This document shows positions 39,649 to 51,989 of a stretch of DNA of 64,000 bases, piece after piece. Source of the stretch: Podarcis tiliguerta (Eukaryota); NCBI GenBank assembly GCA_965153285.1, contig OZ229111.1; one strand, 5' to 3'. Position 1 is the first letter of the stretch. Each line of letters begins with the position of its first letter. The notes beneath the pieces were generated by a model. That model was given only the letters and a program-made list of their open reading frames with translations, was not told where the DNA came from and made no database searches. The translations under genes and the position numbers were made by a program.

Positions 39649-42600
39649 AGCATCAGCCCCTCAGGCCAGGTTTCTCACTGCCTCACTACAAAGGGAAGAT
39701 CCCTGCTATCCTTTACCTAGGGAACTTGGCTGCTGCTGCTGCTGACTCTCCTCCTTGGTTCTTGCTGGAATTCCTTTCACACACAGAGCTCCTCACCAAA
39801 ATAAACCAAGAATTTAATAGACTTTTGCTCCCTCTGTTTCACACGCTCTGCGTTTTGCCACTTTGTGCCATTGTAGTAGAACAGGGCAAGACACCCTATT
39901 GCATGAAAAAGCTTTTCTGTGGTTAACAGGAGGAACCCAATGTGGGGGGTAGCCTTCAGCCACTACTGCCCACAGAGCTCATGGAACCACCCTGGTTCAG
40001 TACTTAAAATTAACTGTGTTCCTCACAAGGACATGGTTTATTTTGGTCTCTTTGCTGTTTTCCACTAAGTCTTAAGGGGCCTGAGAGAAAGGGGAGCATG
40101 TTCCAGTGCAGAATCAGAAGCCACCTCCTTGCAATGGCAGATTGATGCCCATCCACACAATGCAAAGTTCTGGCTCGATTATGATCTCAGCCAAAATCAA
40201 AAATACTTTTATACTGCCCTGCGTTACCTAAATCCCAGATCGATAAGCATACATGCAACGCAAGATTCTTGCTTGATCATGACCTCAGTCATTTTATTTA
40301 TTTTAAAGTATTTCTATGCCACCATTCATTATTTAAATCTGGAGCAGTTCACACTGCACCGCTGTCACTCATCTACATCTACATCTTCTGTTCTGTGTGA
40401 AGTTAAAACCCTACAAGTATCAGCCTATATTCATTAAAGCCTAGTAAAATTCTGCTGGGATGAATATGGCTTTATGGCACATAAAAGGCAGAATCCATTT
40501 CTCTTCCCGGAGAACGTACCTTTTTGTGTGCCTGGACCAATTGAGGTTCATGACAATTCCTTTCTCTTTTCAGAACGTGCATGAAATGAAACTGTTAACA
40601 CTATATTGGCATTATAATGTGTCTAAGAGCACATAAATAAATGAAATGATAGGTTAGAAATTCAGCATGGCAGCAGGGTATTTTTCACCTTATTTGTAAT
40701 GCAGTGATATAGTTGAGGCAGTTTCTGCCACTATCCAGCACACCATAGGAACTTCCTTTATTCAGCTTAGTAAGGATCTCCTAGATGTTTCATTTTGTTT
40801 AGAATTCAGTTTTCTTTGAACTGGCCTTTTGCTCCTTTCTGGCAGGATTTTGAGTCATGCTTTTTCCCTCTGCCCCTTCAAGACTTAGATTCACCATTAA
40901 GAGGAAGAGGGGAGGCTGAACCTTTTTAGTCCCACAATTTCCCACATACACACTTCAGGCAATTTGACAGCATTGAAGATGCGGGCACTATGGAAACAGA
41001 ACTGCCCCTTCAATTTGACATAAAAATAGAGGCCAACACTTTCCAGCAAAGACAGAGAATGCAAGCTTTACTAATGACACTTTGAGGCGTTTTGATTATG
41101 CTTTCAACAAACAAAATGAAACCTTTCGCTATCTCTTGTACTTTGAGCGCATGCCTTTTTATATGAAAAACAAACAAACAAAACCCTTCCGTGTTATTTC
41201 GTAAATGGATTTTGAGTATTTGCTAAAATGGATCTTTATGTAATACCTAGAAACATCAATTGTTTGGGTTTGTGGCTGATTTTTAATGAAGTTGGGATGG
41301 GGTGGGTGGGGCTTAATATGTTATTGTTTACATTTGGAGTTGACTTTGTGGCAAATTGTTCTTGAAAGTGCAAAAGGGCACAATAAGCTGGACATGTGGG
41401 CAGGATTTCTGATGTGGGCTTCTGGCAAATCTCAGAGTGCTTTACGCCATAATAGGACTCCTTGTGGTCGTGTACTCTCTATATGCCATGAGAAAGGCTT
41501 GGCAATCAGAATCGCACATCTTAATGAAAGGAACCCAATGGAGAGACTGAGGAAACTTCCAAACTGGGGTCAAACGACAGCATCTGCTTTTAAAAACACT
41601 GGAGTCATCTTCAAGGAATGCAGGAATGGGTTCTTCACAAGCCAGAATGTCCCTGACACCATTGTTGTTTTGATGGCATATGGAGGGGCTGAAAGATCTT
41701 CTATTTTTGGCATCACCTTCTTGCCTTCTAGTACAGGTATGGGAAGTGTGATGGTTGTTAATTTTTTGGCAGTCTTTCCGTTTCTTGTTATCTTTTATTT
41801 TTTTGAAACTTTACAAGTCTTTACTCTTTGATGTGAGATTAACTACCGTGCACTTCTACTACCAAGGGAACTTATAAATGGCACTTTCTTCATTTGCATG
41901 ACATTTAACTTTATAGACAGCTACGTGTACTTCAAAGCAAACAAACATGCTTGTTTGGGGACAGTAACAACAACAATAGCAACAACAACAGTGGGGGAAA
42001 CTCTCTGTGTAAATTTTGAATGGTGTAATTTTGCCTTTTCCGTGGTTTGAAGTGCTTAGCTTTCCATCTTGTAAGGCAGGGCGGACATCTGTCAGTATAA
42101 AGCCAAGTTTTGCAAAGTGCAAGAATAACTTCCCATTCGAGATGAGGGGGGAAAGTGATTAATGGGAAAGGAGGGCCGTTTGACAGGATCTGATTTGCCT
42201 AAACAGGAGTTTGCTTTTTACTCAGAAGGGACTGTCAGTGTACCATTTTCCAATTTCTAACAGAAAAAGTATAACATGATTGAATCATTGGAATTTTTTT
42301 GATGCTCAACTGAATACAAAAAAATATACTGAGGTGAGAAGGGCTTTCCTATCAGGGGGGCTTGCCATAAAAATATAGACCTGAGGACCTGTTTGCATTT
42401 CCCCACTCAAATTACTTGGATTTCAGTCAATTTGTTTCATTTTTGTTTCATTATCCTCACCTACTAGTAGCATTTAAAACATACATGGCAGCTCATCTTT
42501 ACATATCTATAACTACAGGCCTCATTTTTCAGCTGCCAGTGTTCACATGTCTTGATCTTACACTGGACTTCAACGAAGTTCTCTCCTGTTGAGTTGAGCA

Positions 42601-43723
42601 GCACTGAAATTTCCTGACCACTGAACTACTTTTGACCCATTTCTCTGTGAAAACCTCTGCTCAGGTGATGAATCTGATAAACCTTGATAGCCTGGCTTGT
42701 CTGGGCTGTACCCATTGCACCGGGCTTTTGCTTCCAGTGTATTATGATGAGTACTTCAGGAATGAGGAGGCCCTTCCTTCCTGTTTCCCAAGCACACATT
42801 CTGTCAAGCATTAGCTGCCTTGACTGTGTTTCTTTGGGCAACATAAATACTATTTCCTGCATTGAATTTATATTTCGTAATTTCTGGCATCCTCTCCAAA
42901 CAGAAACCTCGACATTTCAAAGAGAAGGGGGAGTCTGTCCTAGCAGAGCCTGACTTATCTCAAGTCTTCCAATAAAGAGGGGAACCTGACAGGTGACAAG
43001 GCATCTAATCCATCCCATTACAATTTTGCCCCAAACATCTGATTAAGCACCTGCACTTTAAGGAGGGGCCTCCTACCATGAAGTTCTTTTCAAGGCCCTC
43101 TCATGTATTCTTTGCCCTGATTGCCACTGGCATTTCTGAAACCCTGTTTTGACCGTGAAAGCAATTGTACCCAGATTTTGATCCATTGTCTGTACCTCCC
43201 CAAACCCCACCTTTACTCTTCCGTATCAGTGGCATAATACCTAGAGGCAAACCAGTCCACCTTTCCTGGCTTCCGCAATAAAGGCCTATGGATCCTAATC
43301 ACTTCTGGAGCACATAGCCTGGGTACCTCTTCCATAGGCTACAGATGCCAGTAAGGCAGTACATGTTCCACAGAAATGCATGTAGCAAACCCACAAGCAG
43401 CATCAAGGGGCTGGGATTTTGAAGGCATGGTGAAGGGAAAGGAATGCTTTCCATCTTTCTGCCCCAAAGCCATCTCACCTCCCCATCCTCCCCACTATAC
43501 GGTTGAAGTGCTTTAGGAGGGTAAACGCTCCTGGAATTCCCACAAAGGTGAAACAGTTTTGTGTGTAGTGTTGGTGGGTGGAACCCAACAAAACCCCTGG
43601 CAGGGCATGGGTTAAGCATTCCATTCCTCCTCTTAGTACAACACTCAAAACTGTAGACTCTTGAAGCTACTTTTCCTTATAAACAGCAGGGCGTCACTGC
43701 ATGCATTTGTGTGTAATGTAACA

Positions 43724-43784
43724 CAGAATCAGAGAACATAGAGTTGGAAGGGACCTCGAGGGTCATCTATTCCAACCCCCTGCA
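43724..43784 (-). mobile_element. CR1 3' tail fragment within the putative 3' UTR
   Basis: tagagttggaagggacc.cgagggtcatcta.tccaaccccctgcaa. Confidence 0.75.
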
Positions 43785-45029
43785 AGACAATGTGTAGTTT
43801 GCCCCTCGGTTTTAGGCAGTGAGGCAGATTTCAGATGGTGAAAGGTACAAATGTAATTGGAATTTCCTCTCTAGTATGCGGTAGGCTGTTAGCAGCATCT
43901 GTTTGAGCACAGAACAAGATCATGGCTCCATATGAGCTTTATGGAGTCCAACAAGAAGGGATGCTGTTGGAAAATGTGCTTTGACTATTCATCACCATCA
44001 CTATCATTATCAGCCAAGTCAAATGTTCAGTGACAGCCTAGTGATATGATCCAAGAGAAAACACCAGTTAAAAATCCTAAAATTGTGCCTGGACAGGCCT
44101 ATTTTGTCATGGTTTGTCCTGGGGAGGACGTGCTGCAAATGGCTCACACTTTTATCTTACAATCTGTCCCAATAATGTGTCACTGGGTTTTGCTGGTACC
44201 CGTGCTAACCTTTCCCACCACAATGCCCTTTGCTAATGTTTATTCAAACATCTTGCTCTTTCCCTTATCCAGAGCATTGCCCTGGACCTCCTCTTGCATT
44301 AGCGTAGCCCTGCCTTTTTAACCACAACTACAAGCTTTCGTGCATTTCAACCCATTCCCCGTAGGAACCTCACAAACACCTCCTGATACCCTTTGTGGAA
44401 GTGGAATAGTGGGGCTTTCCCACAGCACAACCTCAGCTTCTACACAACCCCACAAAAATATTTCAATTCCTCACCCCCTTTTGCATCCCACATCAAAGTT
44501 CTTGGTGCATGAAGGGCTGCACATCTATATTTGTGCTTATTTTATAAAATAAACATATCCCTTGTCTACGGTCTTGAACAGAAAGAAACCATGGATGTAT
44601 AGGAAAGCAGTGAAGAGCAATAAAAGGCACAATAACCAGGAAGGAGAGGGATAAGGAGGGACAAACTAATCTAAAATAAAATCTAACTAGCAGCAACAAG
44701 AGGATACCTGGCTTGGGCATTACTCCTCATAACAATCTAGAACCAGGATTAAGGTGTGCTGCATTTATTGGCATTTTCTACAGCTGCACAGGAGTAATCT
44801 CCATATTTCATTACTTTCAAGATGAATCGGGATATACCTGTATCAGGGACAGTTTATGCCTATTGAATTGGACAAGGTGGGGGGAAACTGGGCTACCTCA
44901 TCTAGCATTCTACCACTGATGTGAAAGCAACTGCAAAGTTAGCCTGCTCCTTGTTGCAGTCTAGTCATCTTACCTACTTCACAACTGATCCCAGAAATTA
45001 ATTTCCAGCTAGAGATGAAGTTAGCAGTA

Positions 45030-45222
45030 GGGAAGGACTGCGGCTTAGTAGCAGAGCATCTGCTTTGCCTGCAGGAGTTCTCAGGTTTGATCCCCAGCAT
45101 TTCCAGGTAGGGCTTGGAATGGCTCCTGCATGGAACCCTGGAGAGCAGCTGACAGTCAGTATATAAGTGAAGTTAGATGGAGCAAGGACCTGACTCAGTA
45201 AGAGGCAGCTTCCTAGGCTCCT
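45030..45222 (+). mobile_element. Squam3-like SINE, full length, within the putative 3' UTR
   Basis: tRNA-like head (agtagcagagcatctgctttg...ggtttgatcccc), aaccctggagagc body, gactcagtaagaggcagcttccta end. Confidence 0.8.
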
Positions 45223-46017
45223 ATCTGTGACAGAATGATTCCTAGGAAACCCTTTCCACTGTACATTACAGCTGCCACTGCTGGTGGAACGAAAAAAATA
45301 AATATATTCAAATATACTCCAGATAGATGGAACCTGGAGCAAAGCTTTATATGCTCAGACTTTGCTTCCTACCTAACTGAGAATACCAGTTGTCATTTCT
45401 CCTTCGGTTATGCCACATGTTCTCCTTTTTGTTAGGATGGCTTCCCTTCCTCCTCCTTAGTTCTTGCATGGCTGCAAATCAGTCACTTTTTGTCCTGCTC
45501 CCTGCCCCTTTTAGGTAATGGAAAATCCGCGAGAAGGCAAAGTTTGGTATTTTTGTTTTTTTTTCTAACTGTTGCACAATTTTTTGGCTTTTGTAACATT
45601 TGGGGGGAGAAGCTGGAAAAGTGGTTTGAGAAGAAAGTATAAATGTATATAAAAAGATATATATAAAGATATAAATATATATGCATATAAATATATGAAA
45701 TCTCTATGGAAATATTTATTTCACATGAATGCAAAAAAAAAAAAAAATTCACAAAAAAGAAGGGAAGAAAAAAAAAGCAGCTTTGTAATGTAAACAAACA
45801 AAAGAGTCAGAGAGCGTCCCTCTCATGTTTGTTAACTTGATGTGACTGGAATATTCCAAAATCCTTCAGTATCTTTTGTAAGTGAATCAGACCTGTAAAG
45901 CGGTGTGACTGTGTTGGATTCATTGTTCCAGTTTTTTGAAGCTGTGGCTGTGAACAAAATGATCACTGCTAAAAATTTATGCTATATTTTTGGGGTGGGG
46001 GAGATGGGGATTGTCAG

Positions 46018-46047
46018 TTTTATTCTTGGTGTTTCAAGTGCAATAAA
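46018..46047 (+). terminator. Distal polyadenylation signal AATAAA (46042-46047) with upstream CPE-like TTTTAT (46018-46023)
   Basis: Motifs seen directly; T/GT-rich sequence follows at about 46100-46145. Confidence 0.6.
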
Positions 46048-46508
46048 ATAGCTACAAACTCTTGAGTATGGAAAATGCTGATTGTCACTAAATGACTCCC
46101 AGACTCTGTTTTACTTTCTATTTCATTGTGTTGCTTCTGTCTTTAAGGGGTCTCATATCTAGAATACAACACTCAGGGACAGAGCAGAAAGGAGGACTGA
46201 AAGTTCTCTTCCTCTTTGGTGATTTAGGGCCTGTCTTCTACTCCTCAGGTGCTTTTTCCTGCTTGGGATGTTCCCTTCAATTGTGATTATGCTTCTTGAT
46301 ATACTTGGATGGAAAGAGGGGTGGTGGTTTAGAAACCTCTGGAGGTTTATTGTAAGGAGGTCCCTTGGAGGCTTATGCCTTTAAAATATACACAAGTTGG
46401 GTGTCTGCTAAAATTCTGACCCTTGTTTTCTTTTCACACAGAGATCTAGCTTGCCCTCTCTCACTTCTGAGGAGGAAATAATAAAAATAACAGCAATACT
46501 ACAACACC

Positions 46509-46509
<1 letters not shown>

Positions 46510-46541
<32 letters not shown>
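46510..46541. repeat. (CTG)10 trinucleotide repeat
   Basis: Seen directly. Confidence 0.95.
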
Positions 46542-47366
46542 ACGACCACTGTCTTATATCCTCCCCTTTCTCACACAGAGCACGGCGTGGCTGACAAAAT
46601 CTAAAAGCCACAACATTAAAACAAAAATATAAAATGCAATATTCATCAGCACTATTTGATCAAGGCTGAGCTGCTCTCCCTTTAAGAAAAGGGAGCAATG
46701 GAGGCTGGTCCAGTAGTGTGAATGGGGCCCTACCTGACTTCTTTCTTACATTCAGTCCAAGGGGTGACAGTGCCTCATCAGCCTCTTCCTTAGCCTCAGT
46801 GTTGTCCCTTGCAGATCTGAGAAAGGAGGATGGAGACAAAATTAGGATGGCCTATCCTTGGCTCTGCCTCCTGTGGGTCTCCCTGCTTTCTGCGCTACCA
46901 GTCTCAATGGGGACTAGCCACCACAGCTTGTAAGCAGCAACCTATGGAGGGGCACAGGTTTCCCATCCCTGTGCCGGAATAATCAGTACCGTAGCCTTTA
47001 GAAATACTGCAAACTGAGCAAGGCCCTAGCGGCTAACTGTGTAGGAAGTATAGAAGGGTTGCCACACCCTCTGCTGGTAATTGCAGGCATGACTGCATTC
47101 TTCTTAGTGTTTCCTTTTGGGCCCATCCAGACATCTTGTTTAATGTGCATTCATTGTACCGATGGTGTTGACGCAGTTATACTCAAAACTGTTTTCTATC
47201 CTCTTTGCCCCTGCAACCGTTTAAAGACAAGCATGTTGCTTTGTTTCCTGTCACTGTGTGTCCTGTAGTTTCCTGGAAAAATACTGTAACATTTGTACCA
47301 CAAATGTTTGAGGGCTTTTTGTATTTGTTGTGCCATAATGCAAGAGTGTCTCTCCAAAGGGCAATA

Positions 47367-47588
47367 CGCTCAGGTTGCGAACGTGATCCGTGTGGGATGC
47401 ACATTTGCAACCCCCAGCAGCCGCAACCCGCAGTGGCACATCTGCGCACGCGCGGGTTGCAATTCGGCGCTTTTGCGCATGCATGACTGCCGAAACCCGG
47501 AAGCAACCCGTTCTGGTACTTCCTGGTTTCGGTGGTCCGTAACCCCAAAAAACGCAACCTGAAGCATCTGTAACTCGAGGTATGACTG
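47367..47588. mobile_element. Tigger/pogo-type MITE, left TIR incomplete, CpG-rich
   Basis: Right end gtaactcgaggtatgactg followed by TA; internal caggttgcg/cgcaacctg inverted motif. Confidence 0.7.
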
Positions 47589-47834
47589 TAATGCAGTGTT
47601 GTTCACATTGCAGAACAACTAGCAAAGTGAAATGATGTGAGGATGGTTCAATAAAAAATCACCGCTAATGTTGTGTCAATGACAGGTTGCAGGATATACC
47701 TGCCAAAAAACACCAGCCTGGAAGGGCCCTTGAGATTTATACAAAATTTTCATTATGATAGTAAATGACCAGTTGTTTATATAACAGGTCCCCCCCCCCT
47801 CCTAGTAGTGACAAACAAAAATAGTTTTAAAATA

Positions 47835-48087
47835 CAGTCGTACATTGGATCCCAAACGCCTTGGTACTTGGACGTTTTGGCTCCTGGACACTGCAAACCT
47901 GAAAGTGAGTGTTCCGGTTTTCGAACATTCTTTGGAACCTGAATGTCTGACGGGGCTTCTGCTGCTTCTGATTGGCTGCAGGAGCTTCTGGCATCCAATC
48001 AGAATAAGCTACGCTTTGGTTTCTGAATGTTTTGGAAGTCAAACGGACTTCCAGAACGGATTCTGGTCGACTTCCAAGGTACGACTG
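47835..48087. mobile_element. Tigger/pogo-type MITE
   Basis: 15-bp TIRs CAGTCGTACMTTGGA (1 mismatch), TA on both flanks. Confidence 0.88.
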
Positions 48088-51000
48088 TATGTCATTTTGA
48101 ACTACTTTTCATAAAGTAGTTGTAATTACCATTCTATTGCATGAAAGGTAGTTTAACCACCGCTCATGATGACTGCTGAATCTGTTCCCCCCTGACCTGT
48201 TGGGCAGAGTTGACATCATCCATCAGATATGTGAGCATAGCAGTGCATGTACAGCCCACTATTAGAAGCATGACTCTCTGGATAAGGACCTAGTTAAGCC
48301 TTCAGAAACATGTACTGTCTAAATGTCCAAAAGGCATTTTGAAGGTGAACAGGAAGGTCTTAGAAGCAGTCAGGTGGAAATATATTTAACAGAAAACCTT
48401 CATTAATTAGATGATGTTACTGCATAATTGTCAAGGAACAAGACTGTAACATGGATGAAATAATTTCATGAGTGGTTTTTGTTTTTAGAGGGGTTTTAGA
48501 TAAGGATACCCATATCTTTATAGTTCCCATATCCTCTTCCCATATCTACTGCAGTTCACTATGCTTATAGAACTCCTTTTAAAAATATTATGCAACTATA
48601 GAATATATAGAAATCAGGATTAAAATTAGTCTCTATATTATTTATTTGCATCAATAAATTCTATCACTAGGAGGTGCTAAATGACAATGATGTTTTTACT
48701 CGGATATCTGGTTACAAATTAAATCTAGATGAAATTGAATGAATATTGTGTATATCAAGGATCTCTGAGTCATACAAGAATGAAGAAAAGCAACCCAACT
48801 GCATCTAAGAATATATGTGCCTGAAAAACTAAAATAAAATAGGAGAGTTACTTAATTTCTAAGTAGCTCTCAGACCAAAACCAAGACGGCTGAGAAGAAG
48901 CAGCTTTGCGAAGGAAAGAGCGTGAAGAAGAGACTTTTCAACCTGTCCTTGCTCACCTTCACTTTTAAAGGATTTAAGTTTGACCTGTAGCAGGTTAAGT
49001 GTGCAACACTATCTCTGCCCACAAGATGTCAGCAACTCACTGTGAGGAAGTTTGTGCAGTTGTAGTAATAGGAATTCTGGGTGGAACATGAGGCACAGCA
49101 CAGGTTTCTTGGGATTATTTCGTTTTGTATGATGAAGTTCCCCCTCCTAAAATTCATGTCTGTGGAAAGCTAGCATCAAAGGAGAAAGGCCATAATCATG
49201 TAGGGAGATGGGGGTGGGGTTTTCTTTAACGAGATGGGCAATTACACTCGAGGATTCAAAGAGTGTAAATAAAATTTAATACATTAACTGTTCCTACACC
49301 GTGTGTGTATACGGGAGAGTTTTAAACTGTGTATATGAGCCCTAATATTGCGTTGGGTGAGTGACTGGATCTTGGGAGAGAGCACATTTGCCTGACTGGA
49401 GTCCTTTCTGCACATAATAGAACACACTGAATAGAAAGGGATCTTTTGGCTCCTAGCTTCCCCCAGTCCTGCAGCCTTAACTGTATATATACAGCCTGTT
49501 GCTGCATTGCAAATATTGGATTGCTAATTAATGGGTCCACTGGTCTAGGGTCTAAGGCCACCCTTTTTGCTGAGGGGAATAATTCATGAGTAAGCTGCCT
49601 TTGGGCATGGAAGTTTCATTTTTAAAAGCCTCATCCCAGAGATTTAATGGCTTGCTGAGCTGTCTTGGAAGCCTCACAATGAGGCCGATGCCTCAGGGAA
49701 GTCGAGGCCTGCTGTTCAAGACCTTGGGAGCAGCTGAACCCAAAAGCCAAAGCTTTTTTTAAATAGAACATCTTAAAAAGTGAAGGAATTCTCCTCACGT
49801 GCATTTTTGTGTTCACCAAGTTTCTTTATTCAGTATGAAGACATGGGCTCCTCTGGCCAATGCTGTGTCCCTTCTCAGGAAACTCCAACTCTCCCCTTCT
49901 GGTGCTCTTTTTGCTCTGACCCCTCCAAAATGTCTTCTTCAGATTCCCCAGACAGGGAACATGACAAGAAAGTTCATTGAATGCCTCTCTAAAGGCCCAG
50001 CTGGGAGCTGCGAATACTGATGGACATGACAGGGCTGCCTGGGGGGGCGGGCGGGGGGGGGGAATGCAAGCTTGAATGTTAAATGTGAGGAAAACTTGAG
50101 GAGGTATTTACACGCCCACTTCAATAATTTTCTTTTCTTAGAATTGGAAGCAGACAGAAAAGAGTCTGGGAAAATTCCCCATACTCAGGCTTTTGTATTG
50201 TTCATAGCGCTAAGAGGGAATGAGAGAAGGGAGAGAATCTCACTCTGCCTTGCTAAATACATAATAAATGAGAGAGTACTTTTGAGGTCACTGTGAAGAG
50301 AGTGAACTTGCTTTCATCTACTTTGGGAATCCCGTGCATTCCTTGAATCCCTTCCCTAGTCTACATGATTGTAGAGAGATCCTGTATGTATGTAATTTCT
50401 CGCTGGCCTGCAAACAAAATATCTTGCCCTATCTTAATAAACAGGCAGCCCTAAAGGCCAAGAGGAAGATTTTACTGGAGAGCCAATCAGAGCACAAGCA
50501 AGCACTTCCCTGCACTCTCTTCCTCTGTGTGAGAGACAGGAAGGCCTAAATGGCAGCCTGCAGCTCAGCAGCCTGAGTCTCAGGTGAGGTGCGTGCAAAC
50601 AAAACAGAATACTGGCTAAAAATGAGGGCAAATCACTCCCCCCCCCCTTCACAAGAAGTTGAATTACAGAAGGATTTGACAGAATCTGACAAAAGAGGCA
50701 GCCAATCAAAATGGACTCAGTTATTATCAAGGCATGAGGCTTGATGTGAGGATTTTTAAAATAAAAAAATCCGATAATTGAAAGTGGTGGCCTGGGGATG
50801 TGCATATTGCCCATAAACTGTGGTGATACAGCGGAAGCAAGAAGTTCTCAAAGAACAAAACTGCTCCAAACTGGAGTAACAGAGGAGATCACTCTGAAAT
50901 GTAAGTGCCAAATTTCTTTTAGTCACATTTAATGTTAAAATACATTTATTATAGTCTTCGTTTTGTTTATGTGATATGTATTTTCATGAAGATTTTAAAG

Positions 51001-51664
51001 TGCCATTTGATATAGTTAAAAATGCTGTTTGGAATTTGTTCCCAGCCAGTGAAAATTCCTTTAATAAGGCATTGGCCAAAGCCCACCAACTAATTTCTTT
51101 CTTTGCCACTTTCATTTTGCTGCAATCAAAACCTGCTTTTAGTTTTCAGTCTTCTTCCCTCCCACCTTCCCACAAATACACTCTTTGCTCACTTTGGTAC
51201 TGTGACCCCAGTGTACATCATATGCAGTTTTTTCCCCACATTTCCCCACTATTATTACAAATCCTAATAGTGCCTTCATTCCAGCTCTCTGGAGACAAAA
51301 CCCATTAACACCTTGCCGTGGCCGGTCAGCAACTTATGAATACTTATACAAAGGATATTATGTGAGCTTTACAATTTATGATGCCCCACGAAGTCTCTAA
51401 GGCTGCAGTCTAGATGAGCCTTTGGCATGATCCAGTAGGGCAGGTGTGGGGGGAAGATTTGGCCCTCCAGATGATGTTGAACCACAACTTCCAGCCCCAA
51501 AAAGCATGGCCAGTGGGTGGCGATATTGGGAGTTACATTTCAGCGACATCTGTAGAGTCAAAGATTCCCCACACCTACAGTAGGGCATTACTTAAGACCT
51601 CCAGTTTGAAAATGTGCTTAAGAGCTCAAAAAGGTTGGCATCCCTGAATAGTGGAACATGTATA

Positions 51665-51989
51665 TAAAGCTAAAGGAAACCTGACAGTTAAGTCCAGTCG
51701 CGAACAACTCTGGGGTTGCAGTGCTCATCTCGTTTTACTGGCCGAGGGAGCCAGCATGACTAAGCCACTTCTGGTGAAACCAGAGCAGCGCACGGAAATG
51801 CCATTTACCTTCCCGCCAGAACAGTACCTATTTATCTACTTGCACTTTGACGTGCTTTCAAACTGCTAGGTTGGCAGGAGCTGGGACCAAGTAATGGGAG
51901 CTCAACCCGTTGCCGGGATTCAAACCACTGACCTTCTGATCAGCAAGCCCTAGGGTCAGTGGTTTAGACCACAGCGCCACCCACGTCCC
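51665..51989 (-). mobile_element. Sauria SINE with 14-bp TSD
   Basis: Homologous to 5100-5454; GTGGAACATGTATA at 51651-51664 and 51990-52003. Confidence 0.92.

Larger units (their letters stand above)
39649..46065 (+). other. CAMK2A: Probable long (~6.4 kb) CAMK2A 3' UTR
   Basis: Follows the stop codon; U/A-rich blocks; ends in a TTTTAT plus AATAAA module. Shorter ends are possible at internal AATAAA sites (e.g. 39800, 40636, 42971). Confidence 0.55.

Noticed and set aside
41286-41831. 181-aa ORF in the putative 3' UTR
   Set aside because: No recognisable domain or splice context; consistent with a chance ORF in non-coding sequence.
47183-47625. CpG island/promoter or overlapping ORFs at 47.2-47.6 kb
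   Set aside because: The CpG richness and the ORFs are explained by a young Tigger-like MITE.
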